Source: Iphione sp. A-MEVVRFRX5
Lineage: Eukaryota
Assembly (NCBI GenBank): GCA_976226885.1
Contig: OZ320323.1
Location: 16,430,001 to 16,494,000 of the forward strand
Direction: 5' to 3'
DNA length: 64,000 nucleotides
Shown: positions 27,573 through 36,175 of the stretch, one piece after another
How the letters are laid out: every line of letters starts with the position of its first letter
Numbering within the stretch: position 1 is the first letter of the stretch
Translations under genes and position numbers: made by a program
Notes under the pieces: generated by a model
What the model was told of the DNA's origin: nothing
The model's database searches: none
The model's input: only the letters and a program-made list of their open reading frames with translations

Positions 27573-29882
27573 ATGCCTAGAGGAGGTCGCCGTGGTTCCA
27601 AGCGAGGAAGGACGCCCGTTAAGAGTACGAGGAGAACTACTCCCAAGCGCGGACGACCTGCAGCTGCTGAAGATGGACAAGGAAAAGAGAAGAAAGTGGT
27701 GCAGCGGAAAGAAAACTGGACCATGGCGGACAGCTGCCTGCAGATCGAGCTGCATTACAAATACAAATTGCAGAACGCCCTCGCTTTTGAGGGCCCTGGT
27801 GCAAAGGGCCGCCGAGAAGAGGCTTGGGTGAAGCTCGTAGAGGAGTTCAATAGGTAAGTGTGATACGCTCGTAATGTAACAACAATATGTGGACACTTTT
27901 TTAAAAATTTTTGCTGGCATTCGTAATTTTCTTTTGGGTGTTCAGGGCCCGCCGAATCGCCTTAACTGGAGGGTAATCTATTTGTGCAGTATTTCGTTAT
28001 AATTTCGTTATGGGCGGGCAAATTTTTAGGGAGGGGCCGGTCAAATTGTTATAAGAAGAACTAGAATTCATTGCAGCATATTCGTATCCTTTTCAATTGT
28101 TTCCTTGTCACATGCATGCTATTGGTCTGTCTGCCAAGGTGTTATAATGACTTAAATGGGTGTCATTGGCGGGCCACGGTGCCAGTTACGAGCATTTCCG
28201 AGGGTGATCTTTTTGTGGGGTATTACTTTTTATTTTTTCTTATGACCATTACCAACTACTCTCTGTTTCGTATTCGTATGCGTGTCAAGTGAGCCATGTT
28301 ATTGGGCCAAGGTGTTTTAATGACTTTTACTGGGTCTCATTTGGGGGGGGACGGTGTCATTTACGAGCTACCATGGCCATGTGTTTTCTGCCAGTCCGCG
28401 TATCCAACCAGCACCAACATGGTAGTGACAAATTATTCGTATGCGTGCCAGGTGTGTCATGTTGTTGTGCTTTCTCCCAAGGTGTTCTAATAACTTTCAC
28501 TGGGTGTCAATTGCTGGGGGACGGTGGCATTTACGAGCTCTCATGGCCATGTGTTTTCTGCCAGTCCGCGTATCCACCCAGCGCCAATATGGTAGTAAAA
28601 AAATCTCCTGCTGCTTGTAACGTCCGATTAATTGAATGCCACCCCGACAGCTACGGGCGCTTGACAGCCAGATGGTCTGGAAGCCCAGTCGGGGGTCTGT
28701 CGGAATGGCAAGTGACTCGTTAAATGCTTTTCCTAATCTTTCCGCGGATCTTCCCTGCCTAATTCACCAAATGTGTGTGTCATGCCGTGTAACGACCAGC
28801 CCAGTGGGGAACCAGCCACTGGCAAGTGAAAGCGAATTGATCTGTGTACGTATTGCAACTGTGCTGACATTAATATTGTTTGCCTTTGATTGCAGCCGGG
28901 CATCCTTTCCCCGCACGAGGGCTGAAATAGTGGCTCGTATGAAAAGTGTCCGTACCCGAGGTTGGTTTTGGGTTACAGCATTACAATTTCAATTTTTGCA
29001 GGCCACTGTGCTCTACCTGATGGTCTTTCTCTGTCGCATCACTCGGAAAATATTTCGTAAGCATAGCCTATTGTCTTCTGCAGACAAAGCTGAGAAAAGC
29101 TCGCGCATACGTACTGGTGGAGGGCCAGCCCAACCGGTGCATGAAGATGTTGCATTTTTCCGGGAATACGAACCCGATGCCGCCATGCCCTTCCAGGGAC
29201 CAGGTGCCCCAGGCTTCAGTGAGTATTAATGTTACACATTCGATAGAGTATAATGATATTGCTCAGCGCGGGAACTTTTACGAGATCTGTAATTGTTACA
29301 GCCTTTCCAATGGCCCTTTGTTTCGGTAAATATTACACAAGCCACAAGAAAATGTTTGTTTTTACTTGTATCTTTACGCATTCATGTCTGCAAGTCTTAC
29401 ATGCTTTTTTCCGGACCCTGGGAATGGGGGCTCGTTGAGAACTGCGGTCGCGAATCGTTAAGTGTTTACCACGAAACAATCACATCTGACGGCCGTAGCG
29501 GCGTTGGGTAGTTAAGGTCGTCATGGTAACCGTGCGCTATGCGCCTTACCGACGGTGGCGTGAAACCACAGGAATGTAGCATGTGATTTTGATTGACAAG
29601 CTATGGATCCAGCAGCAGGCCCCCCTGTCACTTTCTTCTCAGACACCATGCCGTGAGTACACATCTATTGTTACATGCTATTACGTTTATTATTACCGGT
29701 ATCATATTTTGTAAATGGAACAGAGTGCCGACAATTTACGATTCCAACCGAGTATGTCGCATGCTCATTCCATTTGTTTTAATTGCCTTGTAATTTCTTC
29801 CCCTTCAGACGGCCAAACAAAGGACCAGACGCTGAGAGAACCCCCAGTGGCAAGTCCGCCTACAAGTGGCGGGAGGCCATGA
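27573..29882 (+). CDS. Harbinger Myb/SANT-like DNA-binding protein with N-terminal AT-hook-like motifs (~184-201 aa; 3' end uncertain)
   Basis: Exons 27573-27853, 28896-28960 and 29084-29218 join in phase (2, 1) to give RKENWTMADSCLQIELHYKYK...RREEAWVKLVEEFNSRASFPRTRAEIVARMKSVRTRDKAEKSSRIRTGGGP, the pattern of Harbinger Myb-like (MSANTD/NAIF1-type) proteins. The N-terminus has KRGRT and TPKRGRP. A probable last exon is 29809-29882 (stop TGA), with AATAAA at 30013; an optional exon 29601-29651 keeps the frame. Confidence 0.82.
28079..28600 (+). repeat. Three degenerate ~172-bp tandem units in Myb-gene intron 1
   Basis: Anchor CCAAGGTGTT at 28134, 28307 and 28477. Units 2 and 3 share CATGGCCATGTGTTTTCTGCCAGTCCGCGTATCCA. 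Confidence 0.8.
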
Positions 29883-31788
29883 AGGCCCAATTTGGTGACC
29901 TTTTCCTGGCCAGAGAGCGAGCGAGGGTCCGGCGATACCATAAGTAAAGGCTGAATTATATCGTATCTATTCAATTGCTAAGTGGCCAACATACCTCGTG
30001 TGTAAAACTGCCAATAAACTAATGCCCCGTGCTCGGACATGAGTATGACTAGGTATCATTGCGAAAATATTGACTGGCTTTGGCGTTTGGGTACGACTTA
30101 CAGCCATACTACTAAATACTGCTCGTAAATTTTAATCTGACTGTATGTTAACATGCTCACCCACGACTTTACGTGTGTCTTTCACAGGGAACCCTTTCGC
30201 GGAGCAACGCCGGGCCCAGCGGGAGTTCCTAAGGGCGCAGCGGCGGGCAGCACGCAATGCCCGCAGGCGTGAGGCGGCCGCGCGACGAAGGCAGGAGTTG
30301 CGCGACCAGGCGGCGGCGCGCACCCAGGAGGAGGAGGAGGAGGAGGAATCCGCTGAGGTGAATTACGAGGGGGAGGAGGTCGAAGTTGACCAAGAGCCAG
30401 GTGGAGGACAGCCGGAACACTACGAGGCGTCGACGGAGGAGGAGATCGATGCGCCGGCAGAAGAGGAGCCGCAGGAGGAGGACGACGTTCACCAAGAGCC
30501 AGGTGGGGGACAGCAGGAGCATTACGAGGCGTCGATGGAAGAGGAGGGCGATGCCCCACCCCAGGTGCCTGCAGACAACGTCCCAACCGTCGCCCGCGTT
30601 CACGTACGCATGACCAGTGAGTAGGCTTTGTTGTATTATTATTGCTTGACTTTAACATGTATCTGTTAAGATGAATTGGCAATGACTATATAAACGAGTA
30701 CAACCGTCGCCGGCGTGCAAGCACGAAGGACCATTGAATAGGCTATGTTGTTTTATTCTTCCTTGAATTGAACAGGTATCTGTTACGATGAATTGACACT
30801 GACTACATAAACGGTTACAAGGAATTAGCGACTATAAATTGAACATGTCTCTTCTTTCCATTTCATAGCCCCGGCAGGTCAGTGGATCGGGGTGGAGGAG
30901 ATTGCTCTGCTCCCCGAGGCGGTCGACGCCGCGGCCCCAGTGTCCACGGTGGAAGCCTTGGTGCTTCTCCGTAATGCCAACGGGGGGCTGGTGGCAGCGG
31001 TGGACCAGCGGTGGCCGCTGGACCGGGGCGGCCCTGAAGACCCAGCACCAGCTGATGAGGATCAGGCGTCGAATACCGAGGCGGAGGATGGGGCTGCCGC
31101 CCTGCCAGATGGCGGCGCGCAGGCGTCGCATTATGAGGCGGATCCTGAGGAAGAGGCGGCACCTGTCGGACCCGCGCCACCCCCGCCTCGTACTGAACTT
31201 GTAACCCCCACCCCTCCTGTCCCTGGTGTGGCGTCCACCTCTCGTTTCGTGCGTGTCCCCCCTCCCCCGGTTGTCCCCTGTCACCTTGTTTCATATTCCC
31301 CTTCCCTCTCACCTGTGTCTGTCCCCGACCCAATTGTAGCGTATTCCCCTTCCCTCTCGCCTGTGTTTCCTCCCCACCCTATCGTACCGTACTCACAGTC
31401 TGTCTCCGCTGAACGTGTCAACATGTCTGTCGCCCCTACCAATGTCGCCCCTGTGTCTTGTGCGCAAACACCTGTAACCCCGTCGTCTCCTCATGTTGTC
31501 GTCCGTCTGTCTCCACCTCTGGCTACGTCCTCCCCTGTCGCGTCCCCCCCTCGTATCCCTTCCTCTTTCCCCCTACCCCTCTCCCCCATCCGTAACCCTG
31601 AGGTAACTCTGGCCCTGCCACAGCCCCGCCCAACCGCTCGCACTCGCCGTCCGATCCCGAGGTACCGCCGGGCGGAAGAGGAGGCACTTCGTATTTACGT
31701 GGGCCAAATGCTTGTCCTGGAGGACCATATTACGCAGGACGAATTCCTTCAACTCATGGCCCTCCTGGAACGTGTCCGGCCGCGTTAA
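29647..31788 (+). CDS. Accessory gene A of the Harbinger element: unknown protein (~480 aa) with Arg-rich helix, acidic repeats, beta-rich shared domain, Pro-rich tract and helical C-terminus
   Basis: Well-supported exons are 30188-30616 and 30869-31788 (phase-1 join GTGAGT...TTCATAG), with stop TAA at 31786-31788 and AATAAA at 31888-31893. The 5' exons are tentative: ATG at 29647 with exon 29647-29651, then 29809-29894. No similarity to a family I recognise. Confidence 0.68.
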
Positions 31789-31887
31789 GTGCAAGTCCGA
31801 CAGCCCTTGCAGTTTCATGACTTTTCATTACGAGTGTCTGTGATTCGGGTGCTGTGCATCCAATTTTAACCAATATTTAATTATTAC

Positions 31888-31893
31888 AATAAA
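31888..31893 (+). terminator. Polyadenylation signal of accessory gene A
   Basis: AATAAA 100 nt after stop 31788 in an AT-rich 3' UTR-like stretch. Confidence 0.55.
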
Positions 31894-32126
31894 GAAATAC
31901 TTGTAAACATGCTGCGTTATCTTTATTCCAGACAAACTATACTCAAGACAGCATATTTCAACAATTGGCAGTCTAATAATTATGAATGTGATAATTGTAC
32001 ATCTCTGTTAATGAATGTAAGGAAAGTGCGGTGAATGCGACACAATGTAAGCCGTTATCGGCGTAACATGGTACGAGCTCCTTTCTGATAGGCGCATTAG
32101 CACCTGCGGCAATCCTTATCAGTGCC

Positions 32127-32133
32127 TATAAAA
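32127..32133 (+). promoter_or_regulatory. TATA box upstream of accessory gene B
   Basis: TATAAAA 48 nt upstream of ATG 32175 and downstream of the gene A poly(A) signal. Confidence 0.45.
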
Positions 32134-32174
32134 AAAAACACGTCGCCAGTGTGACAGGTATTCATTACGACAAA

Positions 32175-35100
32175 ATGGCAGAAGCAGGACGTGTGGGTGA
32201 CATCAATCGGCAGCACGAGGAGCCCATTGTCGGTGCTTTAAGGCTGATATTTCGTAGTAAGTACACAAATAGGGTACGGTAAATAGCTTGTAATTCAGAT
32301 GCAGTTCTCTAAGTCTATCCAATTTCGTAATTCCGTGCCGACCGTCGCTTTTAGCTGAAGTTGGCATATGGGCAGGACAGGCTTCCATCGCTTTTCGCCG
32401 CGCCAGGGTGGAGCCCGTGTCGATCGACGACATGGAACTGGATGTCCACATCGACCTGAGGGATCGGGCCCGCCGCCTAGCATCTCTCACCCATCGTTGG
32501 CCGCTGGAATGCGCTAGTGGTGAGGCTGTATATTTCGTATATCGACCGCGCGCATTGGGGTCCCTATGTAACACTTGCAGACGAGACTATAAGACCTCAC
32601 TGCAGGACATTCGTAATGTATTCCGTACTACTTGATTATATTGCAGTTGGCGAACGCAGCCCGAGTTCGCAGGCCCTGGCAAACAGGAACGTTGCGGCCT
32701 GTTCCGGCGGTCTGGAGCCGGTGCATTACGATGATGGCCAGGACGAAGTGGATGACTTGGAGGAAGGCGAGCCTGATGAGCGCGAGGTGGATAACGAGGA
32801 TGATTCGGAGGAGGATGTTGCAGGACGTTCTCCCCGCCGTGGAGGATTACGACATATTTGTACCTGACACGGTGTCAGAGCAGCTGCAGTTGACGCAGGC
32901 TTCCCTCGACTCGCAAGTGGACATCATTACGGGCACACCAACAGATCCCGTGAGGCCGTCGCACACCAAGGCTCAGAAGCGGCCGCTGCCAGGGCCAAGC
33001 AGCTCACTCTTGGCTGCACTGAGACGGCCTGTTGGGGAGGTCGAGGTCGTGCCGGACAGCCAAGGGGCAGACCAAGCGGAGGGGGAGGATGATGAGGAGG
33101 AATATCCTATCCGCCCGATGCCACCACTCTCACCAGATGTACGACCATCAACCAGCAGTTGTGCGGCCCCAGCACCCATCGCCCGTAATGATCCGCGGCC
33201 GGTCACCTCCACACCACGACCCCGCGCCATTACGCAACCGTTAGGCAGCCAGAGGCCTAGGCAGCAGGTTCCTGCACAGGTCGAACCCCAAGCGCCAGGT
33301 GCTGGCAGAGCGGCACCACGTCCACCTGCACCTCTCCCACGCCGCCCCGTCGGCAATACGAATGCCATCCGTGCGCCACCTCCACCTGTGGCCAACAATG
33401 CCTTGCGAGCACCGGTACCTGCCGCCGACGCCCAAGCCCAAGCCGCTCGAGTTGCCGTTACAGCTCCACCTGCAAATCGGGCAGAGGCCACAGCACCAGC
33501 AGCCCAGCAACAGCAGCAGCAGGCCAAACGAAGTACGTACTTGTATTGCTACCATTGAAGACAACTTGTATTGCTGTTAATGAAAATGTCTCTTTTTCGG
33601 CAGGCGTTCCATTGAAAATAACATTGTCCCATTCGTAATCATTCTTCCAACCCCTTTCCAGGACGTTGCCACGAGGGCGTACGAACTCGTGAGGAGTTGC
33701 TGGAGGTGGTAACTGCCGAGGCCAGATTAACGAATATGGCCAAAGATGATAAGCGAAGGGAGGATGTGGCCCAGACGCGCCTCGGCCTGGCGACCGAGGA
33801 GGTGAAAACGAAAGAGGCAGCTCGTAAGGCAGAGGAGGCCAGGGAGGCCTTCTACAAGTACCTGCTTGAACGCGAGCAGCAGCGCGAGCGTCGGGAGGTG
33901 CAAGAGGCCAAAGCGAAAGCTGCACAGGCCAAGGCCCAGAGGAAGGCTGCCAAGCTTGCCAGGCAGGAGACCATCGCCCGCCTAATCAAACTGCAGGCAG
34001 ATGTTACGAGGGCACTCCAGCAGACGGCCACCGAACTCGCCGGCCACATCGCCGACCACCCGGACCATGAGGTGACACTATCCATAATTATCCGTAATAT
34101 TGCTGTACAAATGTCTCTCGATATTGCAGCCCATTTAACCCACGCTCGTCCTCTAGGTACATTGGTAGTGGCGGCAGTTGTGGCGGGTTGTGTGCATGGA
34201 CCTGCCGCCGGCACGGTCGTATCTTTGCAAGCAAATCATCTCTCTGTTCCACCGCAAAGTTGTGGAGAATGGCGGCTGCACTAACCATTTCCCCCACTCG
34301 ACCAGGCCGAAAGCACATGGTCTCGTGGAGCATACCAAAGCGGCGTTTGAGGACGCCGAAGGTCTGTTCGATCAGAACCCTCGTATGGGTGTGTGCATTT
34401 TGGTAACGAGTCTGGGCTGGGGTAAGCACTTGGTTACGGCGGTATGGTGTGAGGCAGCGCCTGTCGCAGGCATAGCCACTGTCTCCAAGAAGGTGTCCCG
34501 GGCCGACCACTGCAAATAGAAGATAACCACCAAATTTTGATACAAATTTTGAATGCATGTGTGTGTGCTGAAACTAACATAACGATTAAGTGTAAAGTGA
34601 GTGGAACTAATAATACAACTCGTAACGCTAAGTGTACCTACAGGGCAAGAGATAGTCACGGGTGAAATCGCAACCACGGAAAATGCGGGAGTCATGTGTG
34701 CTCCCCGGATAGCAGGCAACGATGTCACGGATCCGCTGTTTGTGGTCGCAGATGGCCTGTGGGTAAGCAGACAGTACGTCACTGAGGTAACCGGACAGGT
34801 AACAAAAAAGGCATGTGACATAATCATTACGAAAGTTTACCCATACGTAAGCTAACACTAGGCTGGATCGTAAGCACTAGAGGCCACTACTAACCTGCAC
34901 GTTGATGGAGTAGTGATTGTTCCTGTCGACGTATTCAGGGTGCCGTCCCTTGGGTCGAATGATCCGCACGTGTGTACAGTCCACCAGGCCGATTACGAAC
35001 GGAAACCTTGCCTTTTCCTGAAAGGCCAGCATGATCTCGTTTAATTCGTCCGGGCGTGGTGGGGTCAGGTAATCAGTCTTCATTGTGTCCGTAACGGCCA

Positions 35101-35402
35101 TGGCAACCCGGTGGACTGTGCGACACACGGTGGGATTGGACACCCTGACGATGTCCGACACAACATCCTGGATGGCCCCTGTTGTTGTAAGTGAAAAGTA
35201 ATGCATACGTTACTTGCCGCAACTGCAACTGCAGCGAAGATAGTTACGAATATATCTCTTATTTGTACAGGACGAAGAAACGCGAGCCATGATTAGCACA
35301 GATGCCACAAGAGCACGCATGAAGGAACTGGAAAACTTGAAGAAGATGATGGACCAGGATGCGCAAGGGTGGCGCACGGATGACAGCGACAGCGACAACT
35401 AA
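32175..35402 (+). CDS. Accessory gene B of the Harbinger element: unknown protein (~557 aa if a 1-nt frameshift at ~32823 is corrected); shared beta-rich domain, acidic/Pro-rich linker, C-terminal coiled coil
   Basis: TATAAAA at 32127 and ATG at 32175. Exons 32175-32256, 32355-32519, 32647-33532, 33662-34071 and 35271-35402, all GT-AG with phases 1/1/1/0. Stop TAA at 35400-35402 and AATAAA at 35438-35443. Exon 4 is a long E/K/R/A/Q-rich helical stretch. Confidence 0.62.
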
Positions 35403-35910
35403 ATATCGCAATTAATACAAATATTTCAAGATTCAGAAATAAACAATCATCCCACTGTACGTTGTGTATCTGTCAGCCCTAACTTCATCAATACGAGAAT
35501 ATTAACATTGAATACGAAAACTCACCTGTAGCTAAGTAACGTAGAAATAGAACCACCTGAATTAAGGGGGGGAGGGCCGGCCCTCACTTGCGCCTTTGCT
35601 CAAGCCGTGGCGTCACGTAATCCACGATCCTGTAGAAGTTATGCGGGTAGAAGCGGTATTTCTCACGTATTTCATCACGTTTCAAGGATTCTAGGGGGTT
35701 TTGGTAATCGACTAGGCGGCGGGTTACGAAGTCTTGCCCATAAAAACGCCTCCCCCACCTCACCTCATTCATCTCAATCTCCTCCTCTTCCAACTCCTCG
35801 TAATCCGCCATTATGTCAATTCCAAGGTTCTCAGGATCCATTGGATCACATTCCCGGTGATGAGTAGCTTCCATAACATTTTCGTAATCAAAATCACGAG
35901 CAAGATCCAT
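34088..35910 (-). CDS. Harbinger/PIF DDE transposase (HARBI1-like), 4 exons, ~401 codons, one in-frame TGA at 35584-35586 so this copy may be disabled
   Basis: Exons 35910-35526, 35178-34895, 34756-34642 and 34509-34088, all GT-AG with matching phases 1/0/1 and totalling 1206 nt. Family motifs: NPL...E..EKYRF; ALPPLIQVVLFLRYLATG; AIQDVVSDIVRVSNPTVCRTVHRV (HTH-like); GLVDCTH (D1); YSINVQAICD; YPGSTHDSRIF; LLGDSGY (D2); RVLIEQTFGVLKRRF (E); AILHNF. Confidence 0.93.
35438..35443 (+). terminator. Polyadenylation signal of accessory gene B (inside transposase intron 1, antisense)
   Basis: AATAAA 36 nt after TAA 35402. Confidence 0.45.
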
Positions 35911-36013
35911 GGTGTACGTGTTGAGGATACGAGTGACAAACTAGTACTAGCTTAAAACTCCCGCTTAAACCGACCCATGGAGACGGTTTAAGGAAAGTAG
36001 GTTAAATCCACAA

Positions 36014-36019
36014 TTTATA
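36014..36019 (-). promoter_or_regulatory. TATA box upstream of the transposase gene
   Basis: TATAAA on the - strand ~105 nt upstream of ATG 35910, mirroring the left-end arrangement. Confidence 0.45.
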
Positions 36020-36175
36020 CGTCCCGCGCGGTATTACGAGGGTTACAGCAGAGCGCACTTTGGCTAATACCAGCTGGGTGGTCGTAACTTGCGGTTTAAG
36101 CCGTTACAGCAGAGAGCACTCAAAATTTACTGGTATTAAGTCGCGGTATTAGGGTTAATGAGCATCAATTCGGTG

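Noticed and set aside
30132-33925. Minus-strand ORFs over the accessory genes (e.g. 30182..30682, 30832..31333, 32973..33527, 33458..33925)
   Set aside because: These are shadows of GC-rich, low-complexity + strand exons, with no splice or motif support.
34178-34855. Plus-strand ORFs 34178..34519 and 34601..34855
   Set aside because: Antisense shadows of transposase exons, with no independent protein features.
35584-35586. Selenocysteine recoding of the transposase TGA
   Set aside because: No SECIS element was recognised downstream, and the position is in a basic linker (RRK*GP) where Arg (CGA) is the simpler ancestral codon.
35557-35587. Mini-intron removing the transposase TGA
   Set aside because: The GT...AG span is 31 nt; splicing it shifts the frame and hits TAG within a few codons.
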